Shown here: positions 8,578 through 16,497 of the stretch, piece by piece | How the letters are laid out: every line of letters begins with the position of its first letter | Numbering within the stretch: the stretch's first letter is position 1 | Source of the DNA: an uncultured Bacillota bacterium | GTDB taxonomy: Bacteria; Bacillota_I; Bacilli_A; RFN20; CAG-826 | Length of the DNA: 46,079 nucleotides | NCBI GenBank assembly: GCA_946623775.1 | Contig: CAMORJ010000003.1 | Span: 1 to 46,079 of the forward strand | Reading direction: 5' to 3' | Notes under the pieces: generated by a model | Databases searched by the model: none | Told to the model about the DNA's origin: nothing | What the model saw: only the letters and a program-made list of their open reading frames with translations | Made by a program: the position numbers and the translations under genes

Positions 8578-9447
8578 ATGGTTGATTTTACAAATCTGCC
8601 AACCCGCAAAAAAGCCTATGGTGGCGCAAACGGAAGCAAGTTATCCGTTGTCTACGACAATGAGTTATACATGCTCAAACTACCTATTCACGCTGTGAAG
8701 AACCCCAATATTTCCTATACGAACAGTTGCGTTTCCGAGTACCTTGGTTGCCATATCTTCAATATGCTTGGTGTAAATGCGCAAGAAACGGTGCTAGGCA
8801 CATTCGAGTATCATGGAAAAATTAGAACCGTCGTGGCGTGCAAAGATTTTACTTCGCCCGGTGTTGTAATAATGGATTTCGCCTCGGTGAAAAACCAAAT
8901 AATCGACTCCGCATCCAATGGATATGGAACTGAATTGAATGACATTTTGGATGCGATTGAAAGACAAAACGCTGTCGACGCAAAGGCGTTGAAAGAACAT
9001 TTTTGGAATATGTTTGTCATCGACGCATTCATTGGCAATTGGGACAGGCATAATGGAAACTGGGGATTCTTGTATAACCAAGAAAACGATCGCATGGAGA
9101 TTGCTCCTATTTTTGATTGCGGTTCCGCTTTGTTCCCTCAAATTGATGATGAAATAATTGAGAGAGTTTTAGCATCGAAGGCCGAGATGAATGCCCGTGT
9201 ATTCGACATGCCCACATCGGCGATTCTAATCGGGGGCAAAAGGGCAAACTACTATCAAGTCATCACATCAAACAAATATCAAGATTGCACCGAAGCGGTG
9301 AAAAGAATACTTCCGAGGATCAACTTAGAGGAAATCAACGGATTGATTGATTCAATTCAGCCACTGAGCAACCTGCAAAAGCGTTTTCTTAAAAAGATTC
9401 TCAAAATGAGAAAAGAACTGATATTGGAAAACGCGATTCTTAAATGA
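8578..9447 (+). CDS. HipA/CtkA-like Ser/Thr kinase, putative toxin
   Basis: YGGANGSK Gly loop, YMLK, SEYLG, GNWDRHNGNWG catalytic loop, APIFDCGS; AGGAGG SD. Confidence 0.82.
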   Translation: MVDFTNLPTRKKAYGGANGSKLSVVYDNELYMLKLPIHAVKNPNISYTNSCVSEYLGCHIFNMLGVNAQETVLGTFEYHGKIRTVVACKDFTSPGVVIMDFASVKNQIIDSASNGYGTELNDILDAIERQNAVDAKALKEHFWNMFVIDAFIGNWDRHNGNWGFLYNQENDRMEIAPIFDCGSALFPQIDDEIIERVLASKAEMNARVFDMPTSAILIGGKRANYYQVITSNKYQDCTEAVKRILPRINLEEINGLIDSIQPLSNLQKRFLKKILKMRKELILENAILK

Positions 9448-9486
9448 AAATAAAGCAAACAATGCTGCTCTATCAACCTTTGATCA

Positions 9487-9515
9487 TTGACTAAGCCACT
9501 CAATAGTAATTTAAT
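9487..9515 (+). promoter_or_regulatory. SigA-type promoter of the VUT-SDR operon
   Basis: TTGACT-17 nt-TTTAAT. Confidence 0.6.
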
Positions 9516-9526
9516 TTGTCCGTCGC

Positions 9527-9571
9527 GAAGATGTTCCTTGCCTAACCATCTTCCAAATAAAAAACAAGGAG
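9527..9571 (+). ncRNA. preQ1 class I-like riboswitch (translational, extended P1)
   Basis: P1 GAAGAUG/CAUCUUC; loop UUCCUUGCCUAAC; A-rich tail AAAUAAAAAA; loop CCUUG can pair with CAAGG of the SD; upstream of a VUT gene. Confidence 0.8.
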
Positions 9572-9577
9572 TCGTTT

Positions 9578-10342
9578 ATGAAATCAATCCTCTTAAGAGG
9601 GAAAGCCCTCTTTAAGGAAGCAGTTGTATTATTCCGCAGCTTGCCTCCCGCATTGCTGGCATTTTTTGCTCTTTCCGTCATCGGCATGAATTTGCTGGCG
9701 AACAAAAGCATCAACACAGGCCTTGATTGGCTGGCGCTTGATTGCGGCGTTATTTTGTCCTGGGCCAGCTTCTTGTGCATGGACATCATCGTTAAAAGAT
9801 ATGGCGTAAGGGCATCGATTTTCTCTTCGGTCTTCGCCCTTCTTGCAAACCTGTTCTTTGCTTTGATCTTCTTCCTTGGGACATTGATTCCAGGACAGTG
9901 GGGCGAATCCTTCGTGGAAGGAAGCGAAGCGGTCATCAATGGGGCTTTGGACCGCACCTTCGCAGGCAATTGGTATATCGTCATGGGCAGTTCAGTCGCG
10001 TTTATGGCTTCTGCGATCGCAAACGCTTTGCTGAATGCAGCCGTTGGAGTGGCGTTCAAAAAGAAGCCCGACAGCTTTATTGCATTTGCATGCAGGGCAT
10101 ATGTCTCGACCACGATTGCTCAGTTCATCGATAACATCTTGTTTGCCTTGATCGTGAGCCATGTCTTGTTTGGATGGAATATGGTCCAATGCGTTACTTG
10201 CGCCGCGACGGGAGCGCTTGCTGAGCTATTGATGGAAATCTTCTTCTCGCCGCTTGGATATCGCGTCTGCCGTCACCTCGAAAAGAACAAAATAGGGCAG
10301 GCGTATATCGATTATCGCAATGAATTGGAGGCCGCAAAATGA
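9578..10342 (+). CDS. VUT (YhhQ-like) family transporter, putative queuosine precursor transporter
   Basis: MNLLANK, DCGVILSWASFLCMDIIVKRYG, RAYVSTTIAQFIDNILF; hydrophobic; preQ1-like leader. Confidence 0.82.
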   Translation: MKSILLRGKALFKEAVVLFRSLPPALLAFFALSVIGMNLLANKSINTGLDWLALDCGVILSWASFLCMDIIVKRYGVRASIFSSVFALLANLFFALIFFLGTLIPGQWGESFVEGSEAVINGALDRTFAGNWYIVMGSSVAFMASAIANALLNAAVGVAFKKKPDSFIAFACRAYVSTTIAQFIDNILFALIVSHVLFGWNMVQCVTCAATGALAELLMEIFFSPLGYRVCRHLEKNKIGQAYIDYRNELEAAK

Positions 10343-10983
10343 AAATAGTCGTTACTGGATCCAGTGGTGGAATCGGGGTAGAAGTCGTTAAGAAATTCCT
10401 TGCCGAAGGCCATGAGGTCATCGGTATCGATATCGCTCCATCCAAAATCGAAGATGCCCGTTATGCCCATCATGTAGCCGATATCCGAGGAGAACTTCCG
10501 GAGATTGATGATGTTGAAGGACTGGTGCTTTGCGCTGGAACGATCGAAGAAGCGGAAGCGATTGACGTCAATCTATGCGGAACCATCAAAACCGCTGAAA
10601 AGTATTCAACATCCTCGGCTTTGAAATCGGTTGTTATCATTGCCTCCGCCAGCGCGCGCAACGGCGCGGAATTCCCGCAATACGTCGCTTCCAAAGGCGG
10701 AATCGTTACCTATATGAAGAATCTGGCCGTCAGGCTTGCCCCCAGGGGCGTTACCGTCAACTCCATTTCACCGGGCGCTGTCATTACCCCGATGAACCGC
10801 CATATTCTGAACGATCCCGACAAATTCAGGCTTGTCAGCGAAGAGTCGCTTTTAAAGAAATGGGCGACCCCCGAAGAGATCGCCGATTGGATTTATTTCC
10901 TTGGCGTCGTGAATAAATCGATGACGGGTGAGGATTTGCTGATCGATAATGGCGAGATGCTGAAATCGAATTTCATCTGGTAA
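10339..10983 (+). CDS. Short-chain dehydrogenase/reductase (SDR), NAD-type
   Basis: TGSSGGIG Rossmann motif, acidic residue after beta2 (GIDI), ASAS, YVASK, NSISPG; ATGA overlap with VUT. Confidence 0.9.
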   Translation: MKIVVTGSSGGIGVEVVKKFLAEGHEVIGIDIAPSKIEDARYAHHVADIRGELPEIDDVEGLVLCAGTIEEAEAIDVNLCGTIKTAEKYSTSSALKSVVIIASASARNGAEFPQYVASKGGIVTYMKNLAVRLAPRGVTVNSISPGAVITPMNRHILNDPDKFRLVSEESLLKKWATPEEIADWIYFLGVVNKSMTGEDLLIDNGEMLKSNFIW

Positions 10984-11836
10984 TTCTATCTTCGATGAAC
11001 TTCTTTAGGTCCGCAAGCCTGTTTTGGGCGACTTTTCTTCCGGCTTCATAAACCCTCTTGAGCTCATTTTCGTCATGCTCGGTGTGCGAGATGCCAAGAG
11101 GCTCGGCAGGGGCGATGATGAATGCGTTCCCCAGCTCTTCTTGCTCGAAAACGAACTGGGTTTCCTCGTTGTACATAATATGGCGTCTTCGCAAAGCGGC
11201 CTGAATGTTTTTGTATTTGCGGACCCCTTTTAGATGGAGCATCAGGGAATTGAATTTCTTTTTGGCAAACCCTTTGGGCTGAGTCAGTATGACGACGTTG
11301 AAAGGGTAACCCATCTCCATGAATCTCTTTAAGGGGATGGAGTCGGAGATACCTCCATCAAGATAACGTTTCCCGTCGATTTCGACTGGCGTCGAAACGA
11401 TTGGCATGGATGCGCCGGCACGGAAATACTCCATCGTTTTCTCATTGATTACATCGATTTTCTGATACATGGGGTCGCCGGATTCGCAATCTGTCATGAC
11501 GACGTAGAACTCCATGGGGTTGGAGTAATATGTCTTTATATCAATGGGATCGAGAACCATCGGAATCTCGCGATAGCAGAAATCCTTCTCGTACATATCC
11601 CCGTATTTCCTGACGGAATAAAACGTCCCGTACCTTTTGTCATGGCAGTATTTCAGGTTGTAGCGGAGCGCCCTTCCTATTTGATGGCTTTTGTAATTGC
11701 ATCCGAATGTCGCGCCGGCCGAAACGCCGATCGCGCCATCGAATATAATTCCTTCTTCCATGAGGACATCTATGACGCCGCAGGTGAACATCCCGCGCAT
11801 CGCACCGCCCTCCATGACTAATCCGATTTTTGCCAT
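10973..11836 (-). CDS. Patatin-like phospholipase
   Basis: EGGAMRG, GVSAG nucleophile elbow, DGG. Confidence 0.9.
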   Translation of the reverse strand: MAKIGLVMEGGAMRGMFTCGVIDVLMEEGIIFDGAIGVSAGATFGCNYKSHQIGRALRYNLKYCHDKRYGTFYSVRKYGDMYEKDFCYREIPMVLDPIDIKTYYSNPMEFYVVMTDCESGDPMYQKIDVINEKTMEYFRAGASMPIVSTPVEIDGKRYLDGGISDSIPLKRFMEMGYPFNVVILTQPKGFAKKKFNSLMLHLKGVRKYKNIQAALRRRHIMYNEETQFVFEQEELGNAFIIAPAEPLGISHTEHDENELKRVYEAGRKVAQNRLADLKKFIEDRITR

Positions 11837-11875
11837 AAATAAATCCCCCGGAGAGGAATTGTATCACATAAGAAC

Positions 11876-11900
11876 AAAAAACGACCTCTTGCGAGGCCGC
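11876..11900 (-). terminator. Minus-strand intrinsic terminator with no CDS upstream
   Basis: GCGGCCTC-GCAA-GAGGTCGT-TTTTT. Confidence 0.8.
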
Positions 11901-11986
11901 TTCCTATAGCCACATCATTCTCCTCTGAAAGGGGGGATGGCGGGAGAATGATGGAGGAAGATAATGGAACGACTGCCTTTTGGGCA
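11876..11986 (-). ncRNA. Candidate small RNA with a C-rich loop
   Basis: -10 TAAAAT (11992-11997), perfect 11-bp stem CAUCAUUCUCC/GGAGAAUGAUG with a CCCCCC loop, own terminator, no real ORF. Confidence 0.5.
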
Positions 11987-12179
11987 AAGGAATTTTAAAC
12001 GAAATATTGCTTCATGGAAGAGGGAATTTTGCAGTTTCCCCAAAACCCGTTTTCTGCGTGTGAAAAAACCGATTATTTAGTTTTGAGTTTCCAAATAATG
12101 CCCACGGCTTGGCGGTTTTTCTATGCGTTGGCGTTTTATTTGATTAGAATTTATGCGAATTAAGATCAGGAGAAAAACC

Positions 12180-13625
12180 ATGGAAGACAGATCCTCAGTG
12201 ATTTTTGGGAACCCCATCGACAAGAAGACAATCGCGAAGGGAAACAAAAACAAGGCCAAATACATAAAAAAGTTCGGCGACGATAGTCGAACCGTCTATC
12301 ATCTTGCCCCTCAGGAGATTCCTTGCCTGTCCCATATGGGCGTAAAGAACCTTGTGCTGAGCGATAAGCCGATGGAATTCCCCAAGAACGCTCTCGTAGT
12401 CGGCAACATCCGCATGGGATTCGGTCATTACCGTATCTCGATGGCGATGGCCTCGGCCGCCAAGGCGCTAGGATATGAACCGTATTGGTTTGATTTGGCT
12501 TCTTTTGATGCGACGGGCTCGAAAATGATCCGCGCTCAAAACGATCTGTATTCCCTTGCCAGCCGCATCTCCCAGAAGTCAAAGCTGTTCAACCATTTTG
12601 TTTGGGAACCGCTGAATTCCGAAGGCTTCAAGAAAATCACATATAACTCCACTGACCAAAGGGCATCCGAGCTTCTGGTCCCCTTGTTCCGCGATTTCCC
12701 CAAAGATATCCCTTATATCGCCACGCACGCCTGGCCTAGCCAAGGCGCCGTGCATGCCGATCTCACCCATGTCGTCGAGGCAATCCCCGACAACTGGCCG
12801 ATGGCCCTCCATCTTTCTGAAGGCGCGATCCACGCAGTCCAAACCCCATTTGCATATTTAGGCTATAAGATGCTGAATGGCTTTGCCAAAGAGCCGTTGA
12901 AAGGCATCCCGGATGACCAAATCCATATGATTGGCCACTTCGTCGACCATGAGCTCGTCTCCAATATCGAGCATGACGTCGAAAAGCGTATCGCCCGCAT
13001 CAAAAACGGCGAGCCCATCCGCATCTTATTGAGCGTTGGCGGAGCTGGAGCGGGCGCGAAGCAATTCGCGCAGATGGTTGAGCATCTATTGCCCTATGTG
13101 CAAGAAAAGAAAGCGGCCTTGTTCTTCAATTTCGGCGATCATCAAACCATGTATGACTTCCTTTGCGAAAAAGTGAAGGGGTTCAAGGAAGCCGCCGTTT
13201 GCTATTTTGACAAATACGATGAATTCTCCGATTTCGTGGAGAGAATGGAAAACGAAGTGGTGGAAGGAATCCATTGCGTCTATAACAAAGACATCTTCGA
13301 AGCGGTCTACAGCACCAATTTGCTGATGAGGAAGTGCGAGATTCTTATCACCAAGCCAAGCGAACTCGCCTTCTACCCCGTCGTGAAGGTCATGATGCGC
13401 CATATCGGCGGCCATGAAGTCTATGGCGCCCTCCACGCTCAGGAATATGGCGATTCGACGTTCGAATGCGATACGCCGGCGAAAATGAACACCATGCTCG
13501 ATACGCTGCTATCCGACAAAGGATTGCTCATCCACCTCAATCAAAGAATCGTCGAACTGAAGGCCGCCCATGTCTATGACGGCGCATACCAAGCGGTGAA
13601 ATTGGCGGTTGAAGGCAAGTTATAA
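12180..13625 (+). CDS. Uncharacterised protein, possibly GT-B fold related to MGDG synthase/GT28
   Basis: MGFGH, ATHAW, LSVGGAGAG and ILITKPSE resemble MGDG-synthase-like motifs; AGGAG SD. Confidence 0.5.
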   Translation: MEDRSSVIFGNPIDKKTIAKGNKNKAKYIKKFGDDSRTVYHLAPQEIPCLSHMGVKNLVLSDKPMEFPKNALVVGNIRMGFGHYRISMAMASAAKALGYEPYWFDLASFDATGSKMIRAQNDLYSLASRISQKSKLFNHFVWEPLNSEGFKKITYNSTDQRASELLVPLFRDFPKDIPYIATHAWPSQGAVHADLTHVVEAIPDNWPMALHLSEGAIHAVQTPFAYLGYKMLNGFAKEPLKGIPDDQIHMIGHFVDHELVSNIEHDVEKRIARIKNGEPIRILLSVGGAGAGAKQFAQMVEHLLPYVQEKKAALFFNFGDHQTMYDFLCEKVKGFKEAAVCYFDKYDEFSDFVERMENEVVEGIHCVYNKDIFEAVYSTNLLMRKCEILITKPSELAFYPVVKVMMRHIGGHEVYGALHAQEYGDSTFECDTPAKMNTMLDTLLSDKGLLIHLNQRIVELKAAHVYDGAYQAVKLAVEGKL

Positions 13626-13707
13626 ATTCAAATATTTGCCAACCCAATATTGATATCGATTGACGAAAGATTTAGACTTTTGAAAATTGTTTCATAGGAG
13701 GGGGGTT

Positions 13708-14289
13708 GTGGCCAAAAAAGCAAAAAAAGGCGATGCACGCACCATTCGCAGCAAAAAGGAATTGTCGCTTTCCTTAGAACTTTTGTTGCAAGAAAAGGAT
13801 TTCGTTGATATTTCCATCAAAGAAATCGCTGAGCGTGCGATGGTGAGCAAAAACACCTTCTACAATAATTTTGATACGAAAGAAGAGCTTTTGGATCAGC
13901 TTTTCTTGCGTTACCTAGACAACATCAAAGTCGCGGAAATATTCGATGAAGGCCGGACAACGATGGAAAGGGTCAACATCTTCAACTCTTTGTGCACGCG
14001 CTTCCTTTCTGAGCATTATGCCAAGTTCCATAGCATGGTGCTTCACGACGAAAGCAGATCGATTTATTGGGCTTTGGCGAACAAATTGCAGATCATCATC
14101 CGCGACGAGCTCCGAATCTACGGAAAAGGACTTACGGACGCAGAACACAACGAAATGGAAAGCACCTTCTTCGCAGGAGGCTGCGCGCATCTCGTATATC
14201 GCGAATTTGCAAAAGACCCAAGCCAATGCTCTGAAGAAGGGCTTCGCGAATTGCTGAACACCCTTTGGGAAAGGCTGCTGGCCAAATAA
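13708..14289 (+). CDS. TetR/AcrR family regulator
   Basis: ISIKEIAERAMVSKNTFYNNFDTKEELL HTH; GTG start after AGGAGGGGGG. Confidence 0.88.
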   Translation: MAKKAKKGDARTIRSKKELSLSLELLLQEKDFVDISIKEIAERAMVSKNTFYNNFDTKEELLDQLFLRYLDNIKVAEIFDEGRTTMERVNIFNSLCTRFLSEHYAKFHSMVLHDESRSIYWALANKLQIIIRDELRIYGKGLTDAEHNEMESTFFAGGCAHLVYREFAKDPSQCSEEGLRELLNTLWERLLAK

Positions 14290-14339
14290 TAGAAAAGCGT
14301 CTCCACCATCCGTTTGAGATCCGATGTGCTGAGACGCTT

Positions 14340-14945
14340 TTAATTTTTGTATTCAATGACGAACACGTCTTCCCCGTTTTCGTTTTTGAGATAGGAGAGC
14401 GATCCTTTTTCGATCTCGATGACGGCAGAGAAGATGCGGACGAACTGAGGATAGATTTTGGTGGCGCCGACCTTTTTGATCAACGCTTTTGCAGGGCTCC
14501 TCTTCACTGTAATGATGCATTTGGAGTCATGCATCTCGTATTCCAATTCGTAGTTGTCGGGATATACGTCTTTGTGGTCGGTTTGATACTGGATGGTTTT
14601 CTTTAAGAGCTTCTCCAACACTTCTTGCCCGCGCTTTGTTTTCAGATTGATGCGTTTGAACTTCGTGATGCTGGAATAAAGATATTCGATGACCGCATCC
14701 CCAAGGATATCAGGTTCGATTTTCTTATCATCCGCTTGGTATGGAGCTAGGATGCAAAGACAGAAAGGAAAGAATGTGGAGGCGGGATTATCGTTGCCGA
14801 TTTCCGGTGCCATTTTGAGCAAATATCGATACACCTGCTTGCTCTTTTGCATCACGAGGTGGGCATACTTCTTCCCTTTGACGTCGGCGATATGACGTTC
14901 GATCGTGGTGCGGAGCAGTGCGTATTGAATGCGTGGGCTTGCCAT
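14340..14945 (-). CDS. Hypothetical protein
   Basis: 201-aa ORF filling the gap; extended -10 TGaTAAAAT 9 nt upstream; no confident family. Confidence 0.65.
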   Translation of the reverse strand: MASPRIQYALLRTTIERHIADVKGKKYAHLVMQKSKQVYRYLLKMAPEIGNDNPASTFFPFCLCILAPYQADDKKIEPDILGDAVIEYLYSSITKFKRINLKTKRGQEVLEKLLKKTIQYQTDHKDVYPDNYELEYEMHDSKCIITVKRSPAKALIKKVGATKIYPQFVRIFSAVIEIEKGSLSYLKNENGEDVFVIEYKN

Positions 14946-15057
14946 AACTATTCCATTTTATCAAAACGCGAGGATTTGTTTATCGTTTTCTTGCTTTGTT
15001 GCACGCGTCGCGTGTTTTATTAACTCTCGACATGAGCTAGAATAGCCATGTCGAAAA

Positions 15058-16497
15058 ATGGCAGATAAAGCGAAAAAGAAAAACGGCAGTTTCAAATACG
15101 TCCTTTACATCGTGATCGTCCTCGTTGCGACTGCGATCGCTTTAACGATTTCCTTGTGGGGCGATAAGCTCAACATGGTCGTCGACGCGTTCTCCAAAGC
15201 GGACTGGCGTTACATCCTGATCATCATCGGGATCGTGCTTTTCTCTTACGGAATCGATGGCTTCATCATCTGGGTCTTCTGCCGATTGTATACCAGGGAA
15301 TACAAGCTTCACCAAGGAGTCGCCACTTCATTGGTCGGGCAATTCTATAGCGACGTCACCCCAGGGGCGAGCGGCGGGCAGGTCATGCAGGTCTATACCC
15401 TCAAGTCCCAAGGCATTCAAGTAAGCAACGCAGCATCCATCATGGTCATGTGGTTCATTCTGTATCAGACCGCTTTGATTATCTTCGACGTCGTCGCCTA
15501 TAGCGTCGAATGGAACCAGATCATGGCCATTAAGAACATCGACATCCCGATGAACGACGGCGGCACATTGACCCTTCCGCTTCTGCCGTTTATCATCCTG
15601 GGCTTCTTGCTGAACCTATCGGTTATCGCGTTGCTGTTCATCATGAGCTATAGCCATAAGGTCCACAACTTCATCCTCCATTACGTCATCGGCTTCTTCG
15701 GCAGGATCCACATCATCAAGAACCCCGATAAAACGAGGGAGAACCTGCGCGTTCAGGTAGAGAACTTCAAGATTGAATTGCGGCGCCTTCAGGCCAATAT
15801 CCCGGTCGTGATTCTGCAGATCATATTGTTTTTGGCGCTTCTTTTCTCCCGTTATTGCATCCCGTATTTCGCGGGGAAGGCGCTTCATGGATTCGGCGAT
15901 AGCGCGGCCTTTGACTTCGGCTCTATGATGGAGGCCTCCTTCTTGTCCGCCTTCCATCAAATGGTCACCGGGCTTATCCCGATCCCTGGCTCCGCTGGCG
16001 TCTCCGAGCTTTTCTATTATTACTTGTTCAACAACTATTTCGGAAACAACGAAGCGGTCGTCTCCGCGACCCAGATCTTGTGGCGTACCGCGACATTCCA
16101 CGTCATGCTCGTCGTTTCCGGCTTCGTCGCGGCCTTATACCGCTCCCGCCCGAAAGAGGCCATCCATTACGCGAACAGGCAGACGTTCGTCGATTTGCAG
16201 CTGCAGACCTATGATGAGCGTAAACGCTCCTCCGACACGATGTACGAGACCCACCAGATATCCAAGAAGAGCTTGAGGATAAAGCTATTGGAAGGAAGCC
16301 CCTTCCGGCCCAAACAGAAGCCGAAATCCACAGGCGTGACATTGAATTTCGATCCGCCTGAGCAAACCCCGACGAATCCAATGACCGAAACCACGGTCCG
16401 TTCCCGCATCAAAATCGATCCTCCCAAAAAGCCTAAGAGGGAGAAGAGGAAAAAGAAGAAGCAGGAAGACTCCTCCTGGGAGGTCTGGGATATATGA
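15058..16497 (+). CDS. Lysylphosphatidylglycerol synthase TM-domain (flippase-like) membrane protein
   Basis: FYSDVTPGASGGQ, IPIPGSAGVSE, ILWRTATF; charged C-terminal tail. Confidence 0.82.
   Translation: MADKAKKKNGSFKYVLYIVIVLVATAIALTISLWGDKLNMVVDAFSKADWRYILIIIGIVLFSYGIDGFIIWVFCRLYTREYKLHQGVATSLVGQFYSDVTPGASGGQVMQVYTLKSQGIQVSNAASIMVMWFILYQTALIIFDVVAYSVEWNQIMAIKNIDIPMNDGGTLTLPLLPFIILGFLLNLSVIALLFIMSYSHKVHNFILHYVIGFFGRIHIIKNPDKTRENLRVQVENFKIELRRLQANIPVVILQIILFLALLFSRYCIPYFAGKALHGFGDSAAFDFGSMMEASFLSAFHQMVTGLIPIPGSAGVSELFYYYLFNNYFGNNEAVVSATQILWRTATFHVMLVVSGFVAALYRSRPKEAIHYANRQTFVDLQLQTYDERKRSSDTMYETHQISKKSLRIKLLEGSPFRPKQKPKSTGVTLNFDPPEQTPTNPMTETTVRSRIKIDPPKKPKREKRKKKKQEDSSWEVWDI

Noticed and set aside
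11995-12015. Tiny minus-strand ORF MKQYFV upstream of the sRNA candidate
   Set aside because: Six codons, no SD, overlaps the predicted promoter; no support for translation
14340-14945. Assignment to the ATC-hydrolase-like family
   Set aside because: Only a vague resemblance (YPDNYELEY region); cannot be supported without a profile search
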